Positions 35,320 through 46,898 of a stretch of DNA of 64,000 bases are shown here, in pieces. The stretch lies in assembly GCA_007130045.1 (NCBI GenBank), contig SLTG01000088.1, forward strand, positions 24,647 through 88,646. Direction: 5' to 3'. Source of the DNA: Opitutales bacterium. GTDB taxonomy: Bacteria > Verrucomicrobiota > Verrucomicrobiia > Opitutales > T3Sed10-336. The notes under the pieces were generated by a model. That model saw only the letters and a list, made by a program, of their open reading frames with translations, did not search any database and was not told where the DNA came from. Within the stretch, counting starts at the first letter, position 1. Each line of letters begins with the position of its first letter. The position numbers and the translations under genes were made by a program.

Positions 35320-38300
35320 ATGGTAAACGCAAACCTACATACCGGACATCAAGGTCTCTATGACCCCGCGCTGGAACACGACAACTGCGGGGTGGGCTTT
35401 TTGGTTGATATGAAAGGGCGCAAATCCCACAGGATCATCGAGGGCGCCCTGGAAATCTGCGTCAACCTGGACCACCGCGGTGGTTGCGGTTGCGATGCGA
35501 AAACCGGGGACGGCTCCGGCCTGTTCATCCAGCTCCCGCACAACTTTTTCAAGGAGGTCTGCCCCAAAGAGGCGGGCTTCGATGTTCCGGAGGAAGGAAC
35601 CTACGGCGCCGGATTCGTTTACCTGTCGAGCGACGAGGAGGACCGGGAACAGGAAATTGCGATCATCGAGGAGATTGTCGAGGATGAGGGACTGACGCTG
35701 CTCGGCTGGCGTGACGTTCCGGTAAAGAGCGAGATGCTCGGGAAAGCGTCAGCGGCGTGCGAACCGGTCATGAAGCAGGTATTTATCGGCCGGGGCCCGG
35801 ATTGCACGGACGCCTTGTCCTTTGAGCGCAAATTGTACATTTTACGCCGGGTGGCCACCCACCGGATTCGCTATCAGGGCGCCGATGAGGAGGCGTTGTT
35901 TTACTTTTCGTCCCTTTCGTGCCGCACGATGACCTACAAGGGGATGCTCACAACCGAGCAGCTCACCCAATATTTTCCCGACCTCCATCATCCGGCGATG
36001 GACAGCGCCCTCGCGCTTGTCCACAGTCGATTCAGTACCAATACATTTCCGAACTGGCCGCGGGCGCAGCCGTTCCGCTACATGTGCCACAACGGCGAAA
36101 TCAACACCGTGCGGGGTAACGAGAACTGGCTCCACGCCCGCCAGATGGTGCTCGCCAGCGAGGTGTTCGGGAAGGACTTGAAGAAACTGCTTCCCATCAT
36201 CCGTGAAGACGGCAGCGACTCCCAGAAATTCGACAACTGCCTGGAATTTCTGGTTCTCTCCGGACGCAGTCTCGCGCATTCGATGATGATGATGATTCCC
36301 GAGCCGTGGGAGCGCCACAGGAGCATGTCGCAGGCCAAGCGCGACTTCTATGAATACCACGCCTGCCTGATGGAACCCTGGGACGGTCCCGCCTCGATCG
36401 CGTTTTCGGACGGCGAGCAGATCGGGGCGGTCCTCGACCGCAACGGGCTTCGTCCCTCCCGCTATTACGTCACGAAGGACGATCTCGTGATTATGGCGTC
36501 GGAAGTCGGCGTACTTTCCGGCGTCGAACCGGAGAATGTGGTTGAGAAGGGCCGCCTCGAACCGGGACGCATGTTTCTGGTGGACATGAAAGAGGGCAGG
36601 ATTGTCGGCGACGCGGAGCTCAAGGAGAAGATTGTTGCGGAAAAGCCGTACGGCGAATGGCTTTCGCGGAACCTGGTTTCCGCGGACGACCTTCCTGAGA
36701 CGACCAACGTGAAGGCGGACGACTTTTCGAGCATCGGACTGCGCCAGAAGGCCTTCGGTTATACTTATGAGGATCTTCGCTTCATTATCGGACCGAGCGC
36801 CGAAAGCGGAAAGCAGCCTCTGGGGTCGATGGGGAACGACGCGCCGCTGGCGGTCCTCTCCGACCAGTCGCAGCTCCTCTACAATTATTTTAAACAACTC
36901 TTTGCGCAGGTGACCAATCCTCCGATCGACCCGATTCGCGAGGAGTTGGTTACTTCCAGCGTCACGTTCCTCGGTTCCGAGGGAGACCTTATCCAGCCCT
37001 CCGCTGAGAATTGCCGGATGATCAAGTACGAGAGTCCCCTGATTGACAACATGCAACTCGCGCGCCTCCGGCGCTCGAAGATGAAGGACTTTAGGACCGC
37101 GACCCTTTCCATGGTGTTTGAAAGCGGGATCGGCGGACTGCCTTCCGGTCACAGCGGGATTCCCGAGCCGAGGGTCTCCGACCGGGGCCTCGAAGCGGCC
37201 CTCGAACGCCTTTTCGAGGACGCGGATACCGCGATTAACGACGGCGTCAAGATTCTGATTCTATCCGACCGATCGATCGACGGCAGGCGGTCGCCGATTC
37301 CGGCGCTCCTGGCGTGTTCGGGATTGCACCACCACCTGATACGGAGCGGAACCCGCACGCAGGCATCCATTGTTATCGAATCGGGCGAACCCCGCGAGGT
37401 CCATCATTTCGCGCTGTTGTTGGGCTACGGCGCCGACGCGATCAATCCGTACCTCGCCTTGGAGACAGTTCGGCACATGGTGTCCGAAGGCGATGTTCCG
37501 GGCGATCCGGAGGAGGCCTGTCAGAAGTTTCTCCAGGCCAACCTTAATGGCGTGATCAAAACGATGTCGAAGATGGGCATCTCCACTGTCGCAAGTTACC
37601 GCGGCGCCCAGGTTTTCGAGAGCATCGGCCTCACCGATTACGTGATCGACAAATACTTCACGAAGACCGCATCCAGGATTCAGGGAATCGGTCTGACGAC
37701 GATCGCCAGGGAAGCCGCCATGCGAAGCCGAAAGGCTTTTGCCGAGCGGACGGACGGCAACACGGAACTCGATTCCGGCGGAATCTACCAGTGGCGGTTC
37801 GACGGTGAGCGTCATCTTTTCAATCCGACCACGATCCACAAGCTTCAACAGGCGACCCGGCTCGGCGATTACGCGGTGTTCAGGGAGTATTCCCAGGCGA
37901 TTGACGATCAGTCACGGGACTTGTATACGCTGCGCGGTCTGATGGAGTTTAAGTTCGACGAGTCCAACGCGGTACCGATCGAAGAGGTCGAACCGGTCGA
38001 GGATATTGTGAAACGCTTCAAGACCGGCGCCATGTCGTACGGCTCGATCAGCAAGGAGGCCCACGAATCCCTGGCGATCGCGATGAACCGGCTCGGCGGC
38101 AAATCGAACACGGGCGAGGGCGGTGAAGATTACGACCGCTTCACGCGGGATCCCAACGGCGACAGCCGCAGGTCCGCGATCAAGCAGGTCGCTTCGGGAC
38201 GTTTCGGGGTGACGAGTTATTACCTGGTGAACTCGGATGAACTGCAGATCAAGATCGTGCAGGGCGCCAAGCCCGGAGAGGGCGGGGAATTGCCCGGGCA

Positions 38301-39966
38301 CAAGGTGCTGCCGCCGATCGCGAAAACGCGGAAGACCACTCCCGGTGTGGGGTTGATTTCTCCTCCGCCACACCACGACATTTATTCGATCGAAGACCTG
38401 GCGGAGTTGATTCACGACCTCAAGAACGCCAACGCCAAAGCACGGGTCAACGTCAAGCTGGTCTCCGGTGTCGGTGTCGGAACGATCGCATCGGGTGTGG
38501 CGAAAGCAAAGGCTGACGTGATTCTCATTTCCGGCTACGACGGCGGCACGGGTGCCTCGCCGCGATCGAGCATTCAACATGCCGGTGCGCCGTGGGAACT
38601 CGGGCTTGCCGAGACCAACCAGACCCTCCTTTTCAACGATCTGCGCAGCCGCGTGGTTCTGGAGACCGACGGACAATTGAAAACCGGCCGGGACGTCGCC
38701 ATAGCGTGCCTGCTCGGCGCGGAGGAGTTCGGCTTTGCCACCGCGCCCTTGGTGACTCTCGGCTGCCTGTTGATGCGCGTGTGTCACAAGAACACCTGTC
38801 CGGTCGGGATCGCCACGCAGAATCCCGAGCTGCGGAAGAAGTTTATGGGAGGGCCCGACGCGGTGGTCAACTTCATGCGCTTTATCGCCCAGGATCTTCG
38901 CGAGATCATGGCCCGGCTCGGGTTCCGGACCATTAATGAAATGGTGGGGCAGGTCGACAAGCTGGAAATGCGCAAGGCGATCGACCACTGGAAGGCCAAG
39001 GGGCTGGATTACTCGAAAATCCTTTTCAAACCCGAGGTCGGTTCTGAGGTCGGGTTCTATTGCAGCCAAAAGCAGGACCACCTCCTGGATCGGGCGCTCG
39101 ATAACACCGAGCTGCTCAAACGCTGCAAAGCGGCGATCGAACTGGGAGAGCCTGTGGAGGTGAATCTTCCGATCGTCAATACGAACCGCGTGGTGGGAAC
39201 GATTCTCGGATCGGAGATTTCGCGCCGGCACGGACCGGATGGACTCCCGGATGACACCGTCCGGTTGAACTTCACCGGCTCGGCCGGCCAGAGCCTCGGG
39301 GCGTTCGTTCCGAACGGCGTCACAATCCGCGTCGAAGGCGATACCAACGACTATTGCGGAAAGGGGCTTTCCGGCGGAAAGATCATCGTGTATCCGCCGA
39401 GGAATGCGACATTCGTCGCCTCGGAGAACATCATCACCGGCAATGTCGCCTTCTATGGCGCGACCGCCGGCGAGGCCTATATCGCCGGGATCGCCGGGGA
39501 ACGGTTTTGCGTCCGGAATTCCGGCGTGCACGCCGTCATAGAAGGCGTCGGCGATCACGGTTGTGAATACATGACCGGCGGCTCGGTGGTATGCCTCGGA
39601 CGTACCGGTCGAAACTTCGGCGCGGGAATGTCTGGTGGCGTCGCGTACATTTACGACGAGGACGGCGAATTCGAGAACAAGCTTCTCAATTCCGAAATGG
39701 TGAATCTGTATCGGGTAATCGAATGCAGCGACAACGAGATCGCTGAACTCAAGTCCCGCATCGAGCGCCACTTCGACACTACTGGGTCCGAGAAGGCGAA
39801 GGCCATTCTCGGCGATTGGGATGGCGTTCTCCCAAAGTTTGTCAAAGTCCTGCCACAGGACTACGAGCGGGTGCTCAACGCCCTGAGCCGGGCCGAGGAA
39901 CGCGGTCTCGAAGGTGATGATGCCATTCAGGCGGCCTTCGAGGAAAACGTCAAAGCGGGCCACTAA
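35320..39966 (+). CDS. gltB: Glutamate synthase large subunit
   Basis: About 1548 aa. Ntn-amidotransferase start ...[11 protein letters not shown], followed by FMN/FeS central and GXGXG C-terminal domains (e.g. [25 protein letters not shown]). ATG 35320 is preferred over GTG 35287. Confidence 0.95.
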   Translation: MVNANLHTGHQGLYDPALEHDNCGVGFLVDMKGRKSHRIIEGALEICVNLDHRGGCGCDAKTGDGSGLFIQLPHNFFKEVCPKEAGFDVPEEGTYGAGFVYLSSDEEDREQEIAIIEEIVEDEGLTLLGWRDVPVKSEMLGKASAACEPVMKQVFIGRGPDCTDALSFERKLYILRRVATHRIRYQGADEEALFYFSSLSCRTMTYKGMLTTEQLTQYFPDLHHPAMDSALALVHSRFSTNTFPNWPRAQPFRYMCHNGEINTVRGNENWLHARQMVLASEVFGKDLKKLLPIIREDGSDSQKFDNCLEFLVLSGRSLAHSMMMMIPEPWERHRSMSQAKRDFYEYHACLMEPWDGPASIAFSDGEQIGAVLDRNGLRPSRYYVTKDDLVIMASEVGVLSGVEPENVVEKGRLEPGRMFLVDMKEGRIVGDAELKEKIVAEKPYGEWLSRNLVSADDLPETTNVKADDFSSIGLRQKAFGYTYEDLRFIIGPSAESGKQPLGSMGNDAPLAVLSDQSQLLYNYFKQLFAQVTNPPIDPIREELVTSSVTFLGSEGDLIQPSAENCRMIKYESPLIDNMQLARLRRSKMKDFRTATLSMVFESGIGGLPSGHSGIPEPRVSDRGLEAALERLFEDADTAINDGVKILILSDRSIDGRRSPIPALLACSGLHHHLIRSGTRTQASIVIESGEPREVHHFALLLGYGADAINPYLALETVRHMVSEGDVPGDPEEACQKFLQANLNGVIKTMSKMGISTVASYRGAQVFESIGLTDYVIDKYFTKTASRIQGIGLTTIAREAAMRSRKAFAERTDGNTELDSGGIYQWRFDGERHLFNPTTIHKLQQATRLGDYAVFREYSQAIDDQSRDLYTLRGLMEFKFDESNAVPIEEVEPVEDIVKRFKTGAMSYGSISKEAHESLAIAMNRLGGKSNTGEGGEDYDRFTRDPNGDSRRSAIKQVASGRFGVTSYYLVNSDELQIKIVQGAKPGEGGELPGHKVLPPIAKTRKTTPGVGLISPPPHHDIYSIEDLAELIHDLKNANAKARVNVKLVSGVGVGTIASGVAKAKADVILISGYDGGTGASPRSSIQHAGAPWELGLAETNQTLLFNDLRSRVVLETDGQLKTGRDVAIACLLGAEEFGFATAPLVTLGCLLMRVCHKNTCPVGIATQNPELRKKFMGGPDAVVNFMRFIAQDLREIMARLGFRTINEMVGQVDKLEMRKAIDHWKAKGLDYSKILFKPEVGSEVGFYCSQKQDHLLDRALDNTELLKRCKAAIELGEPVEVNLPIVNTNRVVGTILGSEISRRHGPDGLPDDTVRLNFTGSAGQSLGAFVPNGVTIRVEGDTNDYCGKGLSGGKIIVYPPRNATFVASENIITGNVAFYGATAGEAYIAGIAGERFCVRNSGVHAVIEGVGDHGCEYMTGGSVVCLGRTGRNFGAGMSGGVAYIYDEDGEFENKLLNSEMVNLYRVIECSDNEIAELKSRIERHFDTTGSEKAKAILGDWDGVLPKFVKVLPQDYERVLNALSRAEERGLEGDDAIQAAFEENVKAGH

Positions 39967-39988
39967 TCCAACGGAAGTTTACAAAGAT

Positions 39989-41476
39989 ATGGGCAAACCA
40001 TCAGGATTCATCGAATACCAGCGGGAACCGGTTTCCGACCGCTCGCCGCTGGACCGCATCAAGGACTGGGACGAAATTCACGAGCACTTCGTCGAGAAGA
40101 AACTCCGTACCCAGGCGGCCCGCTGCATGGATTGCGGCACGCCGTACTGCCACACGGGCATCACGCTCAGTGGAATGGCCAGCGGTTGTCCGGTCAACAA
40201 CCTGATCCCGGAATTCAACGACCTCGTTTACAAGGGCAAGTGGAAAGAGGCCTATCATCGGCTGATGAAGACCAATAATTTTCCCGAATTTACGGGTCGC
40301 GTTTGCCCGGCCCCGTGCGAGGGGTCCTGTGTGCTGGGGGTGATCGAGCCGCCGGTGACGATCAAGAACATTGAGTGCGCGATCATCGACCGCGCGTGGA
40401 AAGAGGGATGGGTCGTTGCGAATCCCCCCGCGACGCGAACCGGAAAAAGTGTCGCCGTCGTCGGTTCGGGCCCGGCGGGGCTTGCCGCCGCCGACCAACT
40501 GAACCGGGCCGGCCACCTGGTGACCGTCTTCGAGCGCGCCGACCGGATCGGCGGCCTCCTCATGTACGGAATTCCCAACATGAAGCTCGACAAGGAGGTA
40601 GTGAACCGCCGCGTGAAGCTGATGGAGGACGAAGGTGTCGTCTTTAAAACAGGACTCGAGATAGGAAAGAATCTTTCCGCGAAGCAGCTTCTCGACGAAT
40701 TCGATTCCGTTGTGCTTTGCTGCGGGGCGACCCAGCCGCGCGACCTCCCAATCGAGGGTCGCGAGTTGAAGAATATTCATTTCGCGATGGATTTCCTCGG
40801 GCCGAATACCCGCGAACTGTGGGACGTCAAGGAGGGCAAATCGAAGGAGTTCACGCAATTGGCGAAAGACAGGCACGTCATCATTATCGGCGGAGGAGAC
40901 ACCGGCACCGATTGCGTGGGGACGTCTATCCGTCACGGGTGCAAGAGTGTGACCCAGCTCGAAATCATGCCGCAACCGCCGGCCGGCCGGAATCCGGGAA
41001 ACCCCTGGCCCGAATGGCCGAAGGTTTACAATATGGATTACGGGCAGGAAGAGGCCGCCGCGCTTTATGGTAAAGACCCGCGTGAATACCTGGTTACCGC
41101 GAACAAGTTCGAGGGCGACGAAGAAGGCAGGGTGAAAGCCGTCCACATTCACAACATCGAATGGACCGAGGACAACGGGCGTTTTGTCCCGAAAAAAGTC
41201 GAGGGATCGGATCGTGTCATTCCCGCCGATCTCGTGCTTCTCGCGATGGGTTTTCTCGGTCCGGAAAACGCGATTGTTGAAGAACTCGATCTCGAACAGG
41301 ATACCAGGTCCAACGTGAAGGCGGATTACGGGCGATTCACCACAAACGTGAAGAAAGTCTTCGCGGCCGGCGACATGCGCCGCGGGCAGTCCCTCATCGT
41401 CTGGGCCATGAACGAAGGGCGCGCCGCCGCGCGCGAATGCGACCGCTTCCTCATGGGAACCACGGATCTTCCTTGA
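39989..41476 (+). CDS. gltD: Glutamate synthase small subunit (NADPH)
   Basis: [13 protein letters not shown]..., the Cys cluster CMDCGTPYC...CP, and the FAD/NAD motifs [14 protein letters not shown] and [13 protein letters not shown]. Confidence 0.95.
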   Translation: MGKPSGFIEYQREPVSDRSPLDRIKDWDEIHEHFVEKKLRTQAARCMDCGTPYCHTGITLSGMASGCPVNNLIPEFNDLVYKGKWKEAYHRLMKTNNFPEFTGRVCPAPCEGSCVLGVIEPPVTIKNIECAIIDRAWKEGWVVANPPATRTGKSVAVVGSGPAGLAAADQLNRAGHLVTVFERADRIGGLLMYGIPNMKLDKEVVNRRVKLMEDEGVVFKTGLEIGKNLSAKQLLDEFDSVVLCCGATQPRDLPIEGRELKNIHFAMDFLGPNTRELWDVKEGKSKEFTQLAKDRHVIIIGGGDTGTDCVGTSIRHGCKSVTQLEIMPQPPAGRNPGNPWPEWPKVYNMDYGQEEAAALYGKDPREYLVTANKFEGDEEGRVKAVHIHNIEWTEDNGRFVPKKVEGSDRVIPADLVLLAMGFLGPENAIVEELDLEQDTRSNVKADYGRFTTNVKKVFAAGDMRRGQSLIVWAMNEGRAAARECDRFLMGTTDLP

Positions 41477-41984
41477 TCGGGTTCGGCGGCGTTTCGGCAT
41501 CTTCCTTACCAGCATCGGTGGACGCTTTAAACGGAGCCCTCATCGGGTGGATCTCAGGAGGGAGCGTCGTCGTGTTTCTGGCGACAAGGGTTGTAAACCC
41601 GCTCCTGATCGTTCGGATGCCGGCTGATTGTTCCGTTCGTGAAAAGGTTCCTCTTTGGCCCGGGCTTCGGCTTAGTGTTTTTTGAAGCAGCATATGTGCG
41701 GTTAAGAATGGCCGAAATAAGTGTATGTATAATCTGATGCTACGTTCAATCATTCCTTATGCCTACACGTACAGCAGCCACTCCAGCGACTTTCTCTGAA
41801 TTCGGGCTATTATTTGAATTTATTCTTTTCAAGGAACCCAATGCACCTCGGTGCCGCCTTGATCAGACATCGGCAATCTTCATCCCTAATGATGTGGAAC
41901 TAAACTTTCTGCTGGACGGTTTGGCGGTATATCTGTTTTTTGGTCCTATCGTGTGAGTATTTGTTTTAACCGCTTATAATTTTC

Positions 41985-43766
41985 ATGCAGGATTCTGACA
42001 GCGAAAGCAATTCAATCGACCAAAAGCTGGAGCGGGATCGAAAGAGCATCCTGGACGCCGCTGCCGCGGGGGTGGGGCCGAAGCTAAGGGTGTATGCTCG
42101 GCTAAGCGGACCCGGATGGCTGCAAAGCGCGATCACCTTGGGAGGAGGTTCATTGGCGGGAGGGTTGTTCCTCGGCCACATGGCTGGGTACGCGGCGATG
42201 TGGGTTCAACCTTTGGCGATGCTGATGGGGATCATCATGCTGGCCGCAATCGGTTATGTCACCCTTTCCACGGGTGAGCGTCCCTTTCAGGCGATCAATA
42301 GGAACATCAATCCGGTTCTGGGTTGGGCATGGATTGTTGCAACCATGCTGGCCAACATGGTTTGGAGCATGCCCCAGTTCGGCCTTGGGACGGCGGCGTT
42401 ACAGGAAAATCTGGGTGTTCCGCATACCACTGAGTGGCTTTACGGGGTTACGGCTCTCATGGCGGTCCTCGCGGGGGTTGTGGTTTGGTTTTATAATACG
42501 GGAAGCAAGGGTATTCAGATTTTCGAGATAATAATCAAGGCCATGGTGGCTCTGATTGTTTTGAGTTTTTTGGGGGTGGTCGGCGCCTTGGCGATGGCGG
42601 GAGATTTGCCATGGGGGAAGATTTTTTCCGGATTGGTTCCAAATTTCAGCCTGCTGTTTTCTCCAGCTGGAACTCTGATGGAAACCATCGAGGCCGTTCC
42701 CGGAATAGGCCAGCAATTCTGGACCGAATATGTCGTCAACGGCCAGCGTGATCGGATGATTACCGTTGCCGCGACGGCCGTCGGCATCAACATGACCTTT
42801 CTCTTGCCATATTCGATGCTGGCGAGGAAGTGGGACAAGGACTTTCGGGGGATAGCGATATTCGATCTAGTTACGGCTTTGTTCATTCCCTTTATCCTGG
42901 TTACGGCTTGCATAGTTATGGCGGCAGCCCATCAGTTGCACAACCAACCGGCTCCCGGACTACTTGGTGAAACCGATGACGCCGGTGAAATTGTCGTGGC
43001 GGATTCGGGGGTCGTTAATCGCTTTGAGCGCCTTTTGGAGCAACGGGTTTTGTGGGAATTACGGGAAGGTGATCCGGATTTATATGACCGGATCGGAAGC
43101 GATCCCAACCGGCTTGAAGTCGAGATCGCCGAACGCCGTGAGGCCCTTTCAGATGAAGACATTAGGATCGCAGCCATCGTAATCGATCGAGACGCCTGGG
43201 ATCTCGCCCGGGCGCTTGATCCCCTGACCGGGTCGATTATAGCGCAGTACGTTTTTGGCGCAGGTGTCTTCGGTGTGGCGATTTCGACCCTCGTAATCCT
43301 GATGGTGATCAATGGGTTCGTTTTCGCGGAAATGTTTGGTAAGCCGGGCAGCCTGTTCTACAACAGGTTGGGAGCGTTGGTTGTTCTGGTGGTTGGCGGA
43401 ATTGGATCGCTGACTTTGTGGCAGGATGAAGCACGATATTTCCTGGTCATTCCCACGAGCGTTTTTGGTATGATGCTGGCTCCGATTGCTTATCTGGCGT
43501 TTTTTGCGATGATGAACAATTCGAAGCTGCTGGGTCGCCACATGCCGACCGGAATCCGCCGAATTGGTTGGAATATTCTGATGAGTTTCGCTGTGGTTTT
43601 CGCTTTGGTGGCGGCAAGCCTGGCACTGTGGAGCCAGAATCGGGTTTTCCCGGGAACGAATTTGGAAGCGAGGTATTTCGGGCTGGCCCTCATAGTGCTT
43701 TTAGTGGCTCTCGGAATTTTCCTTCATTTCAAAAGGCGGGATGCGGATGACGAACGCTCCGAATAA
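41985..43766 (+). CDS. Nramp-fold (APC superfamily) membrane protein lacking canonical metal-binding motifs, with a ~75-aa soluble insertion
   Basis: 593 aa. The N-terminal block GPGWLQSAITLGGGSLAGG...GY...W aligns ungapped to MntH GPAFIAAIGYIDPGNFATN...GY...W, and DPGN is replaced by GGGS. Confidence 0.7.
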   Translation: MQDSDSESNSIDQKLERDRKSILDAAAAGVGPKLRVYARLSGPGWLQSAITLGGGSLAGGLFLGHMAGYAAMWVQPLAMLMGIIMLAAIGYVTLSTGERPFQAINRNINPVLGWAWIVATMLANMVWSMPQFGLGTAALQENLGVPHTTEWLYGVTALMAVLAGVVVWFYNTGSKGIQIFEIIIKAMVALIVLSFLGVVGALAMAGDLPWGKIFSGLVPNFSLLFSPAGTLMETIEAVPGIGQQFWTEYVVNGQRDRMITVAATAVGINMTFLLPYSMLARKWDKDFRGIAIFDLVTALFIPFILVTACIVMAAAHQLHNQPAPGLLGETDDAGEIVVADSGVVNRFERLLEQRVLWELREGDPDLYDRIGSDPNRLEVEIAERREALSDEDIRIAAIVIDRDAWDLARALDPLTGSIIAQYVFGAGVFGVAISTLVILMVINGFVFAEMFGKPGSLFYNRLGALVVLVVGGIGSLTLWQDEARYFLVIPTSVFGMMLAPIAYLAFFAMMNNSKLLGRHMPTGIRRIGWNILMSFAVVFALVAASLALWSQNRVFPGTNLEARYFGLALIVLLVALGIFLHFKRRDADDERSE

Positions 43767-44037
43767 GCACTTCCGGGGATCGGGGGTTGTGGGATGAAGC
43801 ATTTGCGGACCCGGGAATGGGACTCCGAATCACGCCCTCCGGTTTCTGCTTTTGCCTCCCCGGCTTGAGGACACCCCGCAGCGCCGAGGATCTTTGTCCG
43901 TATTTCGCTGCGGCTCGACAATGAAACGGACGCGAAGGAAGGTCGGATAATTGTCAGGTCGGGATTCTTGCTAAAGGAGAAAATTGATTTCGCCCCTTGA
44001 TCTCCAACGAGGTAAGACGTAGATCGGAACCTTTTTT

Positions 44038-44985
44038 ATGAAACTCGTCACATTACAGCCTATCGAGGAAGAAGGCATCCATGCCATTGACCCGGACATC
44101 GAGATTGTCCGGGCCGACCGAAACTCTCTGGAGACGGCGGTGCGGGACGCTGAGGTGTTGGTTGGCAATCCGGGCTCGCATTGGCCGCGAATCCTAAAGA
44201 CGGCGCGGAAGCTCAAGTGGGTCCATGTCGCGAGTGCCGGGGTTGAACACTTGCTCTGCGCGGAATTCCGTGATTCGAAGGTGGTTCTCACTTGTGGCAA
44301 GGGAGACGTGGCTGGGCCGGTGCTGGCCGAGCACGCATTTGCGCTCATTTTGGCCCTCAGCCGAGGAATCGGGGAGTGCGTTCGCGTCGGCAAATGGATC
44401 GGCAGAGACAGCGCGGTCGCCGAGGGCGTATTTGAATTGGGCGGAAAAACGATCGGTTTGGTTGGATTCGGCGGTGTGGGACGACACCTGGCCCGGATGG
44501 CTCAAGGCTTTAATATGAATGTGGTGGCCGTTCGACGTTCTCCGGGCAACACGACCATCGATGCGGTAAACGTCTGGGGCTCCGACCGTTTCCTCGATAT
44601 GCTGGCGATTGCGGACGTCGTGGTGGTTTCGGTGCCCGATCTCCCCGATACCCGTGCTATGTTTGACGCAGAGGCGTTTCGCCAAATGATGAACCACGCC
44701 CTTCTGGTTACCGTGGGGCGGGGCAAGACCGTCCACACGGAGGCGCTGGTGGCCGCGTTGAAAGCGGGAGAAATCGGCGGGGCGGGCCTGGATGTCGTCG
44801 ATCCCGAGCCGTTGCCCGATGACCATCCATTATGGCAAATGCGGAACGTCATCATTACCTCGCACAACGCGGGAACGTCTCCCGAACGAGGCGGGCGCAA
44901 CCGCGCGCTGATGCTGGAAAACCTGAAGCGGTTTGTCCGCGGCGAGGCGCTGCTGAATGTAGTGGATCGGGAAACCGGCTATTGA
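44038..44985 (+). CDS. D-isomer-specific 2-hydroxyacid dehydrogenase family protein
   Basis: 315 aa with the NAD motif GLVGFGGVGRHLA, a catalytic-type RG..VD and the late SHNAG segment. Confidence 0.85.
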   Translation: MKLVTLQPIEEEGIHAIDPDIEIVRADRNSLETAVRDAEVLVGNPGSHWPRILKTARKLKWVHVASAGVEHLLCAEFRDSKVVLTCGKGDVAGPVLAEHAFALILALSRGIGECVRVGKWIGRDSAVAEGVFELGGKTIGLVGFGGVGRHLARMAQGFNMNVVAVRRSPGNTTIDAVNVWGSDRFLDMLAIADVVVVSVPDLPDTRAMFDAEAFRQMMNHALLVTVGRGKTVHTEALVAALKAGEIGGAGLDVVDPEPLPDDHPLWQMRNVIITSHNAGTSPERGGRNRALMLENLKRFVRGEALLNVVDRETGY

Positions 44986-45130
44986 AAAGAGACATAACGG
45001 AGAACCTGGCCCTATTCAGCCAATTGGCAAAATACGGCTCGACCCCTGCTCCTCCCCCGATCGTGATGTGGATCCGAAGTATCTTGCGAACCGGGATTCG
45101 TTGACTGGAAAATCGATTGCCCGTGCCGGT

Positions 45131-46633
45131 TCAGGTGTATGGCGGAAGGTAGCGTTCCCGGAGGTAGCGCAGCAGCGGTTCCGGGGAAATCGCTTTACCG
45201 GTAGCCCGTTTTACCAGTTCTTCCGTGTCGTAGCGTCGTCCGTGCCGGTGTATGTTTTTTCGCAACCAATCCAGCAGCGGTGCGAAATCACCCTCTGCGA
45301 AGTTGCTTTCCAGGGCGGGTATGTCCTCGATAACACGGTACCAAAGTTGCGCGGCGATCATGTTGCCCAAGGCGTAGCTGGGGAAGTAGCCGAACGCGCC
45401 ACCGGACCAGTGAATGTCTTGAAGCACGCCTTCAGTGTCGTTTTTCGGTTCAAGGCCGATAATCGAGAGACAGAGCCGGTTCCATTCCCCTGGAAGGTCG
45501 CGTACGGAAAGCTGTCCGTCGAACAGCGCCTTTTCAAGTTCGAACCGAAGCATGATGTGCAGGTTGTACGTCGCTTCGTCGGAATCCACGCGTATCGGGT
45601 TAATCGATACGTGATTGACCGCAAGATAGAAGTCATCGTCGGAGACCGAGCGCAGTTGCTCGTGGAAATACTTGTAATAAACCGGCGCAAAGTGCCGCCA
45701 GAAGGCCCGTCCCCGCGCCACCTGGTTTTCCCAGAGACGGCTCTGGGATTCGTGAACGGCCATTCCGACCGCTTCGCCGAGAGGAGTGGCGGCTTCGTCT
45801 CTTGGGAGGCCCTGGCTGTAGAGGCCGTGGCCGGTTTCATGCACGGCGCTGAACAGCGAATCGAGGGGATTGTCGGGGTCGAAGCGGGTCGTCATGCGGG
45901 TGTCGCTTCCGTCGCCGGCGCAGAAAGGATGAACCGAGCGGTCGAGCCGCCCCCGGCTGTAATCGAAGCCCATTTTTTCGGTGACCAGCAGGGCGAATCG
46001 CTCCTGATGGGAGACGGGAAAACCGCGGAAAAGCTCCGGTTTGCTTTCGGCTTGTGAATCGATCAGGAGCCCGACCAGTTCGGTAAGCGGCGCCTTGAGG
46101 GCGCTGAAAAGCGATTCGACCTTTTCCGCGTTCAAACCGGGATCGTGAATATCGATATGGTAGTCGTATGGATTGCGGTCGAAGCCCTGCAGGGCGGATT
46201 CTTCTTTTGCGAGCTCGAGCGTTTTCTCCAGGTACGGGGCGAAATAGGCGAAATCGTCATTTTCCCGAGCCATGGCCCAGGCGTGATACGAGCGGCTCTG
46301 GTGTTCGGTCTTCTCCGAAACGAATTTTCGCGGGAGGCGTTTCGCCCGGTCGAAATCGCGGCGAACCAGGCGGGTGACGACGGATTGATCATTCCCAGAG
46401 GGCGAATTGATCGATTCCATGGCATCGAGGGCTTTTTCGACGCGGCGCGAGGTGAATGCATCGTGATGAAGGGCCGCGAGGAGGGAGCTTTGCTCCGAGC
46501 GAAGATCGGCACTGTTTCGCGGCAGATTGACCTGTTGATCCCAGTCGAGCAGACCGAGAGTCGTCTTGAGCAGGTAAACCCGATAGAGTTCCTCCCGTAG
46601 GGATGAGTAAGGATCTTTGGCTGCGGACGGCAT
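45131..46633 (-). CDS. Carboxypeptidase M32 (Taq-type metallocarboxypeptidase)
   Basis: The internal ATG at 46633 gives 500 aa, with the zinc motif HETGHGLY and the IRVDSDE, DIHWS.G.FGYFP.Y.LG blocks. Confidence 0.9.
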   Translation of the reverse strand: MPSAAKDPYSSLREELYRVYLLKTTLGLLDWDQQVNLPRNSADLRSEQSSLLAALHHDAFTSRRVEKALDAMESINSPSGNDQSVVTRLVRRDFDRAKRLPRKFVSEKTEHQSRSYHAWAMARENDDFAYFAPYLEKTLELAKEESALQGFDRNPYDYHIDIHDPGLNAEKVESLFSALKAPLTELVGLLIDSQAESKPELFRGFPVSHQERFALLVTEKMGFDYSRGRLDRSVHPFCAGDGSDTRMTTRFDPDNPLDSLFSAVHETGHGLYSQGLPRDEAATPLGEAVGMAVHESQSRLWENQVARGRAFWRHFAPVYYKYFHEQLRSVSDDDFYLAVNHVSINPIRVDSDEATYNLHIMLRFELEKALFDGQLSVRDLPGEWNRLCLSIIGLEPKNDTEGVLQDIHWSGGAFGYFPSYALGNMIAAQLWYRVIEDIPALESNFAEGDFAPLLDWLRKNIHRHGRRYDTEELVKRATGKAISPEPLLRYLRERYLPPYT

Positions 46634-46898
46634 GGAATTGGTGAACGGCTTTTGGTGGTTCAGAATGATGAATCTTGCGTTTCGGGAGGGGAATTGGCGT
46701 CGGTTCAGACTCACAGAAATAGTCCGGTGTAAGCAAGACGCATTTTACCCCTTGATTCTGTCCGTGGTTAGCCCCGTAAGCGCGCATTCAAGACACCCGA
46801 AGGCTGGAGTGTTTCGATTGTAGCCCCACGGTATGAAATATTTTTTAAGGTATGGAAGTCATTGCTGCTGTATGCCCGCAATACCGGAGGAGCGCTGA

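Noticed and set aside
37912-39963. Very long antisense or alternate-frame ORFs in the track. Examples: 683 aa at 37912..39963 (-), 504 aa at 40001..41515 (-), 503 aa at 62364..63875 (-), 479 aa at 17415..18854 (-), 440 aa at 15175..16497 (-), 436 aa at 35842..37152 (-), 414 aa at 10922..12166 (-) and 381 aa at 1219..2364 (-).
   Set aside because: Each lies opposite or out of frame to a gene with clear family motifs (gltB, gltD, rsmB, the sulfatase-fold gene, Gfo, hldD, actB). Their products are Arg/Pro/Gly-rich low-complexity sequence, typical of shadow ORFs in GC-rich DNA.
41640-41690. Possible intrinsic terminator after gltD (ggcccgggcttcggcttagtgttttttg).
   Set aside because: The putative stem around the TTCG loop has only two G-C pairs plus G-U wobbles. 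The T-run alone is insufficient.
43818-43842. Short similarity between gggactccgaatcacgccctccgg (after the Nramp-like gene) and gggactcc...aatcatcccgtccg at 29624-29660.
   Set aside because: The match needs a 16-nt gap and rests on two short blocks. This is too weak to call another member of the repeat family without a genome-wide search.
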